Below, one piece after another: positions 18,217 through 28,733 of a stretch of DNA of 64,000 bases. The position numbers were made by a program, and so were the translations under genes. Source of the DNA: a virus (taxonomy: Duplodnaviria > Caudoviricetes); the IMG/VR virus record IMGVR_UViG_3300044652_000032, positions 31,183 through 95,182 of that record; one strand, 5' to 3'. The notes under the pieces were generated by a model that was not told the DNA's origin, did no database searches, and saw nothing but the letters and a program-made list of their open reading frames with translations. The first letter of the stretch is position 1; each line of letters starts with the position of its first letter.

Positions 18217-21200
18217 GGACGTTAAACAGCCAGACCCTTACGCGCTCGCGCTCCGCCCGTACCTCGGCGCGGAGGAACGCCGCCGTATGCTCCGGGAGCA
18301 GCTGGAGCGCGGCGAGGTGGGCGACCCCATCACCACCACGCTGCTGGGCGTCACGTTCTGGCACGCGCTGGCGGGCGTGGCCATCTCGGCTGGTCTTTCC
18401 ATCGGCGCTGGCTACCTGATGGCGGCGCTCAACCGGCGGCACATGGTGTCGGGCTACCGGGGTAACGAGGAGGTGGCCGTCCAGCGCTCGGCGCAAGGCA
18501 CGCCCATACCCGACATCTTCGGCGGCGACCCCGGCGACGGCAAGGGCGGAGGCATAAAGTTCGCGCCAATAGTGGCGTGGCTGAGTAAGGACTCGCAGGG
18601 CTACGTCGCGCGCAAGCACTCGTTCAAGTCGGGCGGGTCGGGCGGCAAGGGCCACCTGTTCAGCCCCGCGCAGCAGAGCGTAACGCAGTACAGTTACGAC
18701 CTCGACGCTCTGCTGTTGTGGTGTCGCGGCCCCGCGCAGTTGCGCGAGCTGTGGGCCGGGCCGGATATCCTCTACCGCGCGGACTTCGTCGGCACGGACG
18801 CCTACTACGAGGCCGAGGTCGGTACGAACATACTGGCCGGAGGCGCAGCCGTTATTTCGGACGTGGCGGCCAGTGGGGGGCAAGCGGTCGCCATTCCGCC
18901 GGGAGGCTCGCTGACGTTCACCCTTGTGGCGGGTGACGGCTCGGCCTCCCAGCTGGACTTCTTCTACAAGTCGTCGGCACCGATCCTCGTCCAGTTCACG
19001 TGGATAGGCGGGCTGGGCACCGCCGTTTTCAACGACACGCTCAACAGTACAGCGGGCACATACACGCGGGGCTACAACTCCGCGCCCTTCGTGCTGGGCA
19101 ACGGCACGGGCAACTCCGTCAAGATTAAGAACCTCGACTCCACCAACACGCTGACCTTCGATAGACTCGGCGTACTGCTCGCCGACGGCCCCGTGGGTGT
19201 ACCCAACCCGTCGGTACCGACCGACCCGAGTTACGACCCCTACGCCCCGCCGCCGCCGCGTAACGCCAACGGCCAGCCCGTCGTCCGCTTGCAGGGTATG
19301 CTTAGTATTGACCCGACGACCAACGCGCTGGTCGGTCAACTCGGAGGCGGTAACTACGCCAACGTCGCCATGTACGAGGGCAACGGCACGGAACTGCCCG
19401 ACCCCGTGGTGCAGGCGCAGGAGGACGCCAACCGCGGGAGCGGGAGCACGATCGCCTACCGCGGCTTTTGTACAACGCGGCTCTCCAACTTCTTCCTCGA
19501 CCGCTACCAGATGGCCTTCCCGCCGATGTGGGGGCTGCTGCAGAGCAAGACGCTCCGCACCCTGAAGGACATCTGCGAGTGGCTCTGCGGGCAGTGCGGG
19601 TTGCAGCCGTCGGACTACGACTTTACCGACCTCGCAGGGATTTACGTGCGCGGCTGCATCGCCAACCCGCCCTACGCGCCCGCCGACCTCATGGAGACGC
19701 TGGCCGAGGTGTACGACTGCTACTTCTACGAGAGTGACAAGATTTACGGCAAGCGAATAAGTTCCGCACCCGTGGTCGCGCTGACGGACGCCGACCTGGC
19801 ATGGACGGACGACGACCGCGAGGACGACCAGCAGTTCGTGCAGGTGTTGGACGCCGGGCTGCCCGCCGCCTCGGACGTGGCGCGGCGCGTGACGGTGCGT
19901 TACGTCTCGCCCGCGCGCAACTTCGACCAGCAGCAGCAGAACGAGTACCGCATGATCTCCACCTCCAACAAGGAGGACGTGTGGGACATACAGGTCTGCC
20001 TTGCGGACGACGAGGCTCGTGCGCTTGCGGCCCGGCGGCTGTACAACGACGAAGTGCGCAACGTGCCGTACAACTTCACGCTGACGGACGCGCGCCTGTA
20101 CGACGACCCCGGTACAATCTACCAGATCACCAACGCGGACGGCAGCACCCACTTTTGCACGTTGGAGACCATCAAGCCGACGCTAGGCGTGTGTGACTGC
20201 ACGGCCCTCGAGTACGACTCTGCGGTCTTTACGCAAGTCGGCCCCGCTCCGGGCATCGTGCTCACCACTCCGCCCGTGCGTGCCTACGGCAGCTCCATAC
20301 TCGGCATCTACGACGGCATCGCGCTGCGCGTGAACGACGAGGGCATGGTGGGTTTCTACGCGTGGGTCACGCAGCAGACCGGAAGTGGCGAGTGGACGAA
20401 CGCCGCACTTTACAAGGAGGTGCAGGGCGTCCCCGACCGCATAGCCAGTTTCAACGCGCAGGCTACAGCAGGCGCGACCGTCACGGCCCTCGGCTCGTAC
20501 CCGATCGCCAGTATCGGCACGGAGGACGGCACACAATCCTTCACAGTGAGTGGCAGCACCATCACTCCAACCACGAACTACTACGCCAACGGTGAGACCG
20601 TCATGTTCAGCGGCAGCGGTACGCTCCCCTCACCCTTGAATAGTACGACGCTCTACTACGTCATCTCTAGCGGCGGCAACACGTTGCAGGTCTCGCTGAC
20701 GGCGGGCGGCTCTGCCGTTACGCTGACCACCAGCGGCTCGGGTCAACGACTCATCCAGCGTGTTATTGATGTTGACCTCTACGGCACTACGGCCACGCTC
20801 GCATCCGTAACGTCGGCGCAGATAGCCACGGGCGCAAACGCCGCCTTGTTCAACAACGAGGTGGTCTTCGTGCGGACGTGGCAACGCGTTGTGGGCTACG
20901 CCAACCGCTGGCGCGGCAGTAATTTCACGCGCGGCCAGCGTAACACGCAGACTATGATGGCGGCGCACACCGCCGGGGAACGCTTTGTGCAACTCGACAG
21001 CGCAGTCCAGTTCGTGGAGCAGGCCGTCAATCAACTAGGAGTGAACCTGCAACTGCGCGCAGTCTCCGAGGGTCAGGTTTACGCTGACGCCGCCTTGGTG
21101 CAGCACACACTGGTGGGCGGCTCGCTGCAATATCCGCCGCCCACGATCGACGCCACCCTCGACCCGTCTTTAATATGGAGAATCTTGGTCAGCGGAGTAC

Positions 21201-21949
21201 CCACGACGGATCCGATGGGAGATCGCTACAAGGTGTGGATAAACGGTAGCCCCCGGCCCGCATGGATACTACGCGGAGGACTGTCGCGTCCGGTGTCGCT
21301 CAGCGTCGGCCCGAAGTCTGGCATCCACACGACGATCACGGGGAACTCCATCGGCGGTGTTAACAGCACGGTGTACGCATACCCGCAAATTACATCTGAG
21401 AGATCGGTCGCGTCGTTCACCTACCTCGCCGACCCCTTGTTGTCAACGCTCACTCCTCTCTTTATGCCGATGGCGTTTATCTTGGGCGAGTCCGGGGCGT
21501 CGGCTCACCGACTCAGTGTAATTATCCAACCTCAGACCGCCGCGGCATCAGCATATTTTAAGGTAACTGTTGACGCGACCACGCTTCTCTTGGATAACAC
21601 GCCGGGTGGCGAAGCCTCCGGGACGAGGTATTCCGTCGAATTTCGGGACGGCAAGGCTAATTTCTACCGCAATCGTCAAAGGGGCGGCTCGCCCTTTTTG
21701 GTTTACACCCTGCCTTCGGACTGGGTCTATCCTGTATCGATCACAATGACCGTCGGTAACTTCGCGGGTAGCACACAGTTTTCAAACATTCAAATCGAAG
21801 ACGAGAAAGGCTCCGTGCTTTATTATCCGGCTGACCAGATAGCCGATTTCGGATCGACACAATCGTCGCTGACCATACAGGCGTGTCAGCAAAGAGTAGT
21901 TCAAGGTGTAGTAGTGGACGGCGTCGTTACGCAGGTTACTCTCCCATAG
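18215..21949 (+). CDS. Tail tip/central fibre (GTA megatron / lambda J-like) with CBM6/35-like insert
   Basis: GTPIPDIFG, AYRG, GANAALFNNE, RGQRNT...HTAGERFV motifs; YYEAE...ASGGQAV CBM signature; start uncertain. Confidence 0.85.
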   Translation: MDVKQPDPYALALRPYLGAEERRRMLREQLERGEVGDPITTTLLGVTFWHALAGVAISAGLSIGAGYLMAALNRRHMVSGYRGNEEVAVQRSAQGTPIPDIFGGDPGDGKGGGIKFAPIVAWLSKDSQGYVARKHSFKSGGSGGKGHLFSPAQQSVTQYSYDLDALLLWCRGPAQLRELWAGPDILYRADFVGTDAYYEAEVGTNILAGGAAVISDVAASGGQAVAIPPGGSLTFTLVAGDGSASQLDFFYKSSAPILVQFTWIGGLGTAVFNDTLNSTAGTYTRGYNSAPFVLGNGTGNSVKIKNLDSTNTLTFDRLGVLLADGPVGVPNPSVPTDPSYDPYAPPPPRNANGQPVVRLQGMLSIDPTTNALVGQLGGGNYANVAMYEGNGTELPDPVVQAQEDANRGSGSTIAYRGFCTTRLSNFFLDRYQMAFPPMWGLLQSKTLRTLKDICEWLCGQCGLQPSDYDFTDLAGIYVRGCIANPPYAPADLMETLAEVYDCYFYESDKIYGKRISSAPVVALTDADLAWTDDDREDDQQFVQVLDAGLPAASDVARRVTVRYVSPARNFDQQQQNEYRMISTSNKEDVWDIQVCLADDEARALAARRLYNDEVRNVPYNFTLTDARLYDDPGTIYQITNADGSTHFCTLETIKPTLGVCDCTALEYDSAVFTQVGPAPGIVLTTPPVRAYGSSILGIYDGIALRVNDEGMVGFYAWVTQQTGSGEWTNAALYKEVQGVPDRIASFNAQATAGATVTALGSYPIASIGTEDGTQSFTVSGSTITPTTNYYANGETVMFSGSGTLPSPLNSTTLYYVISSGGNTLQVSLTAGGSAVTLTTSGSGQRLIQRVIDVDLYGTTATLASVTSAQIATGANAALFNNEVVFVRTWQRVVGYANRWRGSNFTRGQRNTQTMMAAHTAGERFVQLDSAVQFVEQAVNQLGVNLQLRAVSEGQVYADAALVQHTLVGGSLQYPPPTIDATLDPSLIWRILVSGVPTTDPMGDRYKVWINGSPRPAWILRGGLSRPVSLSVGPKSGIHTTITGNSIGGVNSTVYAYPQITSERSVASFTYLADPLLSTLTPLFMPMAFILGESGASAHRLSVIIQPQTAAASAYFKVTVDATTLLLDNTPGGEASGTRYSVEFRDGKANFYRNRQRGGSPFLVYTLPSDWVYPVSITMTVGNFAGSTQFSNIQIEDEKGSVLYYPADQIADFGSTQSSLTIQACQQRVVQGVVVDGVVTQVTLP

Positions 21950-21978
21950 GCGTTTTTTTTTTAACGAAGGAGTTTGTA

Positions 21979-22140
21979 ATGAAATTAATCTTTATCCTAA
22001 TCTTGGCCATCACGGCTACCGTGGCTCAGTGCGATCGCGGGGTGGAACGTCCTCAGGACGGCCCGAGCGCTCCACCTACGTCGGAGACCCATTGCCCTCC
22101 GACCGGCATAGCCACGAAGTGCCAACGCAAGCCATTGTAA
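21979..22140 (+). CDS. Small putative lipoprotein
   Basis: Strong RBS; MKLIFILILAITATVAQC followed by a Pro-rich, Cys-containing tail. Confidence 0.5.
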   Translation: MKLIFILILAITATVAQCDRGVERPQDGPSAPPTSETHCPPTGIATKCQRKPL

Positions 22141-22155
22141 ATTGAAGGTACTATC

Positions 22156-24348
22156 ATGAGTACACCTAGCTCGCTTATTCGCGTCGAGGATCCCACAGGC
22201 AACTTGTTGGGCACGGCCAGCACGCTGCGGGCGTCGGGTGCCGCGCCGGTCAACGGCGTACTGACGATCGGGGGCTTAGTCCCTGCGCCTACGGCCTATG
22301 CCTCGCTGCCCACGGGCGTGCTGGTAGGCACGCTGGCGCGCGTCACCGACAAGCTGCGCGGCTTCTACTACTACGACGGCACGCGCTGGGTGAGCCTGAC
22401 GGGTGTGGCCGCCGCGAAGGACTTCGGCGCGCTAGGTGACGGCATCTACCTGACGGACGTCACGACCACGGCCAGTTCTGCCACGCTGACTTCGGCCTCG
22501 GCGGCCTTCACCTCCGCCGACGTCGGCAAGGTCGTCAGCGTACAGGGCGCGGGTGCAGCGGGCGCGCAGTTCACCACGACTATCTCCGCGGTCGTCAGCG
22601 GTACGCAGGTAACGATGGCCGCGTCGGCTTCGACGTCGGTCAGCAGCGCCAACGCGGTGTACGGGACGGACGACACTTCGGCCATACAAGCGGCGATGAA
22701 CGCCTCGCCGCTCGGCTTAGGGGTCTTCTTCGCGGACGGCGTGTACATCATCAACGGCGCGCTGCAGGACACGTCCAACTCCAACGCGCAGTTGTTGCTT
22801 CCGAAGGTCAACAACTTCGAGAACGCTGTGACCATCCGTCTGTTCGGCACGACCTCACCGATCACGACGTGGACGACCCGGAGCGGAGCCATTCTACAGT
22901 CCACACTGGCGAGCGGCAACGGGCAGTTGATCGGCGTGAAGAACCCGCACGGCACGCCCAACTCCGACAACCACTACAACGGATCGGTGGTCAACTTCTT
23001 TGCCGAGCGGATGACCTTCCGCTTGCCGCAGAACCCGACCAACTCGTGTCTGGACTTCTCGTGGATATACGACGTCTTTCTGCGCGACTGTCGTATTGAT
23101 GTGATGGGCGGCGTGGCGACCGACACCACGACCATCGCGGGGCTGACGCTCCCGCTTGTGACCGTGGCACAGCCGACCACCTCGACCAGCTACGGCGTCA
23201 AGATGGGAATGCCGGGGCTGGGCGTCTCGTACAAGATGGACAACTGCGCCGTCTTCGGCTACTACACGGACGTTCGCACGTCGGAGTTGATGCAGGGCGA
23301 CAGGCTCATGCTCTTCGGGAGCAAGCGCGTGCTGGAGTTGATGGGTTCGTCCATACCCGGTTACACGCCCTACCCGAACACGTTCCGCTATCTGCTGACA
23401 ACAAACTCTCCGGGCGGCATTGTCGCCACGGTCGGGCCGTCCGCGCTGATCATCGAGCAGTGGGACGTCGAGCACGATACGCCCACGCCCGGCAGCGGCC
23501 CGTCGTGGGCCACGCCGCGCACCTACGACGTTGATGACGCCAATAACTACGTGACGGGGTGGTACCAGTACCACATGCACGACGCCGCGCCGTGGTCGGT
23601 GAACGGGGCGGCCAACCTCGTCCCTTACGACGCCGCGCAACCCTACAACGGACGCGCCTTCTACCCTGAGATATTCCCCGGCTTCACGGCACAGAATAAT
23701 GCCGTCGAGATGGTCAAGCGCGGCCTGCCCGTGAGCGGCGGGTCGGGTCACGCCGCGTTCCGTCTGCACGTTACGAGCGCGACGGGCACGAGCGACCCCA
23801 TCGGCGGTATCGTCTTCGCCAACGACGCCAGCGGCAGTTCTGACATGCGCACCGCAGAAATCTACTCGGCGTTGGACGGCGCGGCGAATAGTGGCAACTT
23901 CGGCATCTACACGGCCAACGCCGGGGCGCTCTTGCAGGCTCTGGCCATCAACCACCTGCAACAACTCCAACTCAACGCCTACGGCGCGGGTACGCTCACC
24001 ACGGATGCCAGCGGCCACGTCACGGCTACGTCGGACGAGCGATTGAAGACCGAGGTCGGCGTGTTCGAGCGCGGTCTGGCGGCACTGCGGCACCTACGCC
24101 CGCGCTTGTACCGCTGGAACGAGCGCTCGGGTATGGAGACCGAGGGCGTGTACGCCGGGCTGTTCGCCGGAGAGGTAGGTGCTGTGATACCCGAGGCTGT
24201 GGGTGCGGGGCCGGGCGGCTACCGCACCCTGAGCGACCGCGCCTTGATATCCGTTCTCATCAACGCCGTACAGGAACTCGACCGGGACGTGCGCGGATTG
24301 GAACGACGGTGGTGGCGTCGGCTACTCGGTTGGCTCCGTCGCCGTTGA
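22156..24348 (+). CDS. Tail spike/fibre: pectate-lyase-like beta-helix plus C-terminal S74 intramolecular chaperone
   Basis: KDFGALGDG...TDDTSAIQAA...FADGVY; SDERLKT...LINAVQEL. Confidence 0.88.
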   Translation: MSTPSSLIRVEDPTGNLLGTASTLRASGAAPVNGVLTIGGLVPAPTAYASLPTGVLVGTLARVTDKLRGFYYYDGTRWVSLTGVAAAKDFGALGDGIYLTDVTTTASSATLTSASAAFTSADVGKVVSVQGAGAAGAQFTTTISAVVSGTQVTMAASASTSVSSANAVYGTDDTSAIQAAMNASPLGLGVFFADGVYIINGALQDTSNSNAQLLLPKVNNFENAVTIRLFGTTSPITTWTTRSGAILQSTLASGNGQLIGVKNPHGTPNSDNHYNGSVVNFFAERMTFRLPQNPTNSCLDFSWIYDVFLRDCRIDVMGGVATDTTTIAGLTLPLVTVAQPTTSTSYGVKMGMPGLGVSYKMDNCAVFGYYTDVRTSELMQGDRLMLFGSKRVLELMGSSIPGYTPYPNTFRYLLTTNSPGGIVATVGPSALIIEQWDVEHDTPTPGSGPSWATPRTYDVDDANNYVTGWYQYHMHDAAPWSVNGAANLVPYDAAQPYNGRAFYPEIFPGFTAQNNAVEMVKRGLPVSGGSGHAAFRLHVTSATGTSDPIGGIVFANDASGSSDMRTAEIYSALDGAANSGNFGIYTANAGALLQALAINHLQQLQLNAYGAGTLTTDASGHVTATSDERLKTEVGVFERGLAALRHLRPRLYRWNERSGMETEGVYAGLFAGEVGAVIPEAVGAGPGGYRTLSDRALISVLINAVQELDRDVRGLERRWWRRLLGWLRRR

Positions 24349-24702
24349 CGCTTCTTCCTCTTCAGGGTCGGCGTCGCCCAACGTCGGACGCCCCTCGATC
24401 AAGTCTTCGATCTGGAGGAAGACGGTCGTCTCCATCGTCGCACCCGCCACGTCCAGAGTGAACTTGGCGTCGTCAACGGTCAGCGCCAGTTCCTTCTTCT
24501 TACGCAGCGAGTGGTTGAGCAGTTTGAGCAGTCGGCCCTTCTTGCTCTTCTGCTCGCGAGTGTCGCCCTGTACGGTCGAGGCGTAAACGGCCCTCAGCAC
24601 GTCGCCCACGGTGACGTACACCTCCGTGCCGTCCTCCTTCTTCTCCTTGAGCCGAGGCGTCTCCTCAGCCGTGTAGATGGTTCGGTTCAAGTCAAGTTTC
24701 AT
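24322..24702 (-). CDS. Hypothetical protein
   Basis: RBS AGGAG; typical codon usage; converges on the tail spike gene. Confidence 0.6.
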   Translation of the reverse strand: MKLDLNRTIYTAEETPRLKEKKEDGTEVYVTVGDVLRAVYASTVQGDTREQKSKKGRLLKLLNHSLRKKKELALTVDDAKFTLDVAGATMETTVFLQIEDLIEGRPTLGDADPEEEEASTATEPTE

Positions 24703-24802
24703 CGTTGCGTTCTCCTGTTTTGTGCGGGAGTGATATACCGCTAAACGGCAGCGGCATCGCGTAGCCTATCTATCTCCTTAACGGTGTACGCTCGTTCCGG
24801 CA

Positions 24803-26170
24803 TTACCCCCTCCACATATCCTCAAACTTAGTGAACTCTGCGAGCCACGTCAGTCGCACGGTGCCGCACGCCCCGTTGCGGTGCTTGGCCACTATGAAGT
24901 CCGCCGTCCCAGCGTTCTCCTCTGTCCGCTTGTACTGCTCCTCCCGGAAGATGAAGCAGACGACGTCCGCGTCTTGTTCCAATCCACCTGACTCCCTCAG
25001 ATCGCTCAACTGCGGACGGTGATCGCTGCGGCCTTCGGACGCGCGGTTCATCTGCGAGAGCGCCAGCACCGGAACGCAGAACTCCTTGGCCACGGCCTTC
25101 AGGTCGCGGCTGACGGCGCTGACCTCCTGCTCGCGCGACGTGCCCCGTTGCGGCTTGACGTTGCCGAACAGCTGGACGTAGTCAACCACTATCAGGTCTA
25201 GACCGCCCAGCTCCCGCGCTATACGCCGCGCCTTGGCGCGCAGCTGCAGCGTGTTGATGCCCGGTTGGTCGTCTATACAGAGCGGCGCGTCCTCCACGCG
25301 ACGGTACGCCTCCGTCAGCCGCTCCCACTCGTCCGGCCCCAAGTAGCCGCTGCGCATCTTGTAGGTGTCCACGTGCGCCTCGGCGCAGGCGGCGCGCATC
25401 GCCAGCGCCCGACGGCTCATCTCCAGCGAGAAGAAGGCCACGCGCCGCCGCTCCACCACAGCCGCGTGCACCGCCGCGCCCAAGGCGAGTGCCGACTTTC
25501 CCATCCCCGGCCTCGCGGCGAGTATTATCAGGTCTTCGGGCTGCAACCCCAGCAGCAGAGTGTCCACGTCGCGCAGACCCGTGGCCACGCCCGTCACGGC
25601 TGCGGCACCGCGCTCGGCCCGCTCGGCGGTCTCGGCCAGCACGCCCTTGACCAAGCGGCCCAGCCGGTCGGACGTGCCCGCGCCCGCGCCGTCCGCCAGC
25701 GCAAAGACCATCCGGCTGTGGTCGTCCAGCACGGCGGCGGAGTCGTCCTCGTCCTCGAGGCAGGCGCTCGTCGTCTTCTGGCACGCCTTTATCAGCTCGC
25801 GCTTTTTGGCCTTGTCCAGTATCAACTTGGCGTAGGCCGCAAGGTTCGTGCGGTGCGGCAGGCCGTAGGTCAGTTCGCTGACGTAGGTGATGCCGCCGGT
25901 CTGCTCCAGCGCGCCCTCGCGCCGTAGCTCTTCGCCGAGGAGGATGGGGTTGATCTCGGAGCCGCGCTCGCAGAGTGCGGTCATCGCGCGAAAGACCGAC
26001 TGGTGCGCGCGGGTGTAGAAGTCCTCGGGCGTGAGCAACTCCACGGCGTCGTTGACCAAGGCGTTGTCCAGTATGATGCTACCGAGCACGGCTCGTTCCG
26101 CCTCCGCCGCGTGCGGCAGCGCACGCTCGAGCATGGAGTCGCGTGTGTTGTCTTCGGGGTAGCGAGTCAT
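24803..26170 (-). CDS. dnaB: Replicative DNA helicase
   Basis: AERAVLG, AARPGMGKS, FFSLEM, VDYVQL, LSDLRESGGLEQDAD, KHRNG. Confidence 0.97.
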   Translation of the reverse strand: MTRYPEDNTRDSMLERALPHAAEAERAVLGSIILDNALVNDAVELLTPEDFYTRAHQSVFRAMTALCERGSEINPILLGEELRREGALEQTGGITYVSELTYGLPHRTNLAAYAKLILDKAKKRELIKACQKTTSACLEDEDDSAAVLDDHSRMVFALADGAGAGTSDRLGRLVKGVLAETAERAERGAAAVTGVATGLRDVDTLLLGLQPEDLIILAARPGMGKSALALGAAVHAAVVERRRVAFFSLEMSRRALAMRAACAEAHVDTYKMRSGYLGPDEWERLTEAYRRVEDAPLCIDDQPGINTLQLRAKARRIARELGGLDLIVVDYVQLFGNVKPQRGTSREQEVSAVSRDLKAVAKEFCVPVLALSQMNRASEGRSDHRPQLSDLRESGGLEQDADVVCFIFREEQYKRTEENAGTADFIVAKHRNGACGTVRLTWLAEFTKFEDMWRG

Positions 26171-26171
26171 G

Positions 26172-26546
26172 CTAGCTCAGCACCTTGCCCGTCTCGATGA
26201 TGTGGTTGATGTAGTCAGCAGCCGCTTGCGCCATGCCCGCGTGCGAGTGTTCCTTCTCGGCGGTTTTGTACGCCGAACTGTAAGGCTCAGGCCAGTCGCC
26301 GTTGGCGTCAAAGAGCACCATTGCCTCGTCATTAGATAGTCCCAACAGTTCCTGCGCGTCGTACATACAGGAGTTGAACCTCGGATCCCTGCCCGTCCCG
26401 AAGAAGTAAGTCCATCCCGCTATGCAGGCACGGGTGCCGCACGGCACGGACTCCTCATACTCGCCTGTGGTCAACTGGTCGTAGCGGCGCGGCTCCTCCA
26501 GAATGTGGTCGCGCACTCGCGCCAGCAACTCCTTGTTAATCGCCAT
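26172..26546 (-). CDS. Hypothetical protein, paralog of 28734..29216
   Basis: ILEEPRR...CGTRACIAG...AQELLGL shared motifs. Confidence 0.65.
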   Translation of the reverse strand: MAINKELLARVRDHILEEPRRYDQLTTGEYEESVPCGTRACIAGWTYFFGTGRDPRFNSCMYDAQELLGLSNDEAMVLFDANGDWPEPYSSAYKTAEKEHSHAGMAQAAADYINHIIETGKVLS

Positions 26547-27036
26547 CGGTTTTCTCCTTTTCGTTGATATTTCGCAGCAGGTCGGCCAACTGCTTGGCGG
26601 CATCCTGCAGTTGAAACAGGCAGCGACGCAGACGCTCGTTCTCCGCCTCCAGCTCGGCGTAGGTCTTCCACGCGCCGCCCTCCACGCAGCGCCGTTCCAG
26701 AAAGCGCTCGCAGTTCTTGAGCATCTCCGCCTTGCTGCCTACGGTCGCGTCGTGCGGGACGGGCAGCCCCGCCGCCACGTACAGCTCGACGTCGTCCATC
26801 CAACACCGGTCGTCGGCTCGCTGCTCGTAGTGCTTGCGGATGGCCGCCACAATGTGGTTGACCTGCCGAGCGGCGAGGTCGCACACAGGCAGCCCCATCT
26901 CCCCCACACGCTGATGCGGACAGTCTAAGTTCAGGTTCGCCTGCCCTACCTCCCAAGCCCTCTTGGCAAAGTGCTTGAGATTTACGTCATTCGGATTCGC
27001 GCCCGTCAGTCGCGTCCACCATTCTTCGAACGTCAT
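26536..27036 (-). CDS. Hypothetical protein
   Basis: Coupled ORF; DDRCWMDD...MLKNCERF. Confidence 0.55.
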   Translation of the reverse strand: MTFEEWWTRLTGANPNDVNLKHFAKRAWEVGQANLNLDCPHQRVGEMGLPVCDLAARQVNHIVAAIRKHYEQRADDRCWMDDVELYVAAGLPVPHDATVGSKAEMLKNCERFLERRCVEGGAWKTYAELEAENERLRRCLFQLQDAAKQLADLLRNINEKEKTDGD

Positions 27037-27509
27037 CAGGCACCTCCGTCCATAAAGCCGAGCACGACGTCGCACGTGGGCTGTGCCGTCACGTCGCCCC
27101 GGCGTGCTATAAGTTCGTCCACGCAGCGGTCGTTAAAACCGAGCGCCGCAGCCAGTGCGTCCTGTAGCGGCTTGATTCCGCCGTCAACGTCGCGCTGCGC
27201 GCTCATATGCCAAGTGACGTGCAGGTAGAGGCGCTGGCCCTCAGTGTAGTACCACGCCTGCTTGCGCGCCTCCAGCGTGACGGCCATCGTAGCCGACTGT
27301 TTCCAGCGCCGCGCCTCCTCCGTCAGCACGCGCCCCTTGCCCGCCACGTTCGCGTACATCTGGTTGACGCCCACGGGGCACGGCAGCGTCAGCACGAGCC
27401 GAGGCGCGGACGGGGCGCAGCCCGCCAAGGTGCGTCCCTCCGCCTGCGCCGTGCCCACCCCTCGGCGGCGCAGGAACTCTTGGTACTGCTGCTCGGTCCA
27501 GCGCGTCAT
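27036..27509 (-). CDS. rusA: RusA-family Holliday junction resolvase
   Basis: RDVDGGIKPLQDAL...FNDRCV (DxDNxxKxxxD-like). Confidence 0.8.
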   Translation of the reverse strand: MTRWTEQQYQEFLRRRGVGTAQAEGRTLAGCAPSAPRLVLTLPCPVGVNQMYANVAGKGRVLTEEARRWKQSATMAVTLEARKQAWYYTEGQRLYLHVTWHMSAQRDVDGGIKPLQDALAAALGFNDRCVDELIARRGDVTAQPTCDVVLGFMDGGA

Positions 27510-28129
27510 CGGCAAGCGTACCCCAGCCAGCCGTTGAAGAATCCGCCCCACCACAGCAGCGCTACGCTTATTAGGGACGTTAACAACGCCAGCCAGAAGT
27601 TATCCTTGCCCGTCTTGGGCTTGCCGTGGTCGTGTGCATACAGTAACAGGCTGACGAGGTTCAGCAGCACAACTATCGTCTGCGGCATCCATTCGCTTAT
27701 TCGCATCAGTCCCCCTCCGGCGCGGGGTGCGCCTCACGGTGTGCAGGTGGTGACTGCCGCAGAACCTGCAGTGGTACGGCTCCATCAGCGTGAGGCCGTC
27801 GCTCTCCTCCTCTATCTGCCGTGCGCGGAACAGCGCGGCCTGCCGCGAGCGGAAGCGCGCCTTGCGCCCGCACGACCGCTCCTCCACCCTCGTCTGGGCC
27901 TCGCGGCGGTGCGGCCTCATCGCAGTCCTCCGCAGGCCAAAAAGAGCGTGACGGAAACCACGGCCACGAGCACGAAGAGCGCGGCGACGGCGGCCTCGTG
28001 CCGCGAACGGCGCTCGCGCTCGAGGTAGAAGTGGTACTCCGAGGGCTGAGGGTAGTAGCGGGGCGCGGTGCTCTCGCGGTACTTGTACCCGTACTCGTCG
28101 TTGTATCCGGTTTTCATCCCTGTTCCTCC

Positions 28130-28729
28130 TTAGAAGACCGTCTCCTCGGTCACGTTCTTGGGCAGCGCCTTCAGGTGGTCTATGAAGCCGGAGGCCGCGC
28201 GCTTGCTCAACTCCTCGGTGCGGATCTGATTGACGAGGATGCACTCCTCGTCGGCGTCCACGCCTGCCTCGCGTGCCAGCGCACGTATCATACCCAGCTG
28301 CTTGGGCGTTACGAGGTCGGCCATAGATTGCGCCTGCACGTTCTGCGGCGACGAGGGCTGCTGGGGCGGAGCGACGTGCCCCGCGTACTCGGCCTTGGCC
28401 GCGCTGCGCACCACCTCCTCCCGCGAGGCTATCCCGCGCGTGGTCTCGAAGCCCAGCAGCGCCAGCGCGCGGCCCACCGCCGACGTCTCGCACACCTCGA
28501 CGTAGCTGCCCTGCTGAACGTGCCCCGCGCTCCGTAGCTCGTAGGCGTGGCCCGTGCTGGCGGGCAGAGCGTCGTCCTTCTGGCGGTAGGCCTCGGCCCT
28601 CACGAGCACGAAGCCTGTCTCCGCGTCGTGCTCCACAATGGCCGTGAGCAGCCGCCCTTCGGGGAACTTCTGGTAGAACTTCTCTACACGCTCCGCCACC
28701 GTAACGTACTCGTCCGGATTGAACCTCAT
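28130..28729 (-). CDS. Putative single-strand annealing protein (Rad52/ERF-like)
   Basis: YVTVAERV, TGHAYE, CETSAVGRAL, IASREEV. Confidence 0.55.
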   Translation of the reverse strand: MRFNPDEYVTVAERVEKFYQKFPEGRLLTAIVEHDAETGFVLVRAEAYRQKDDALPASTGHAYELRSAGHVQQGSYVEVCETSAVGRALALLGFETTRGIASREEVVRSAAKAEYAGHVAPPQQPSSPQNVQAQSMADLVTPKQLGMIRALAREAGVDADEECILVNQIRTEELSKRAASGFIDHLKALPKNVTEETVF

Positions 28730-28733
28730 GCTT

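Noticed and set aside
18215-24348. Diversity-generating retroelement acting on tail genes
   Set aside because: No reverse transcriptase and no template/variable repeat pair seen.
24803-26170. Inteins or introns in DnaB, Pol A or the protease
   Set aside because: DnaB and Pol A are normal length; protease inserts lack intein C/S...HN termini.
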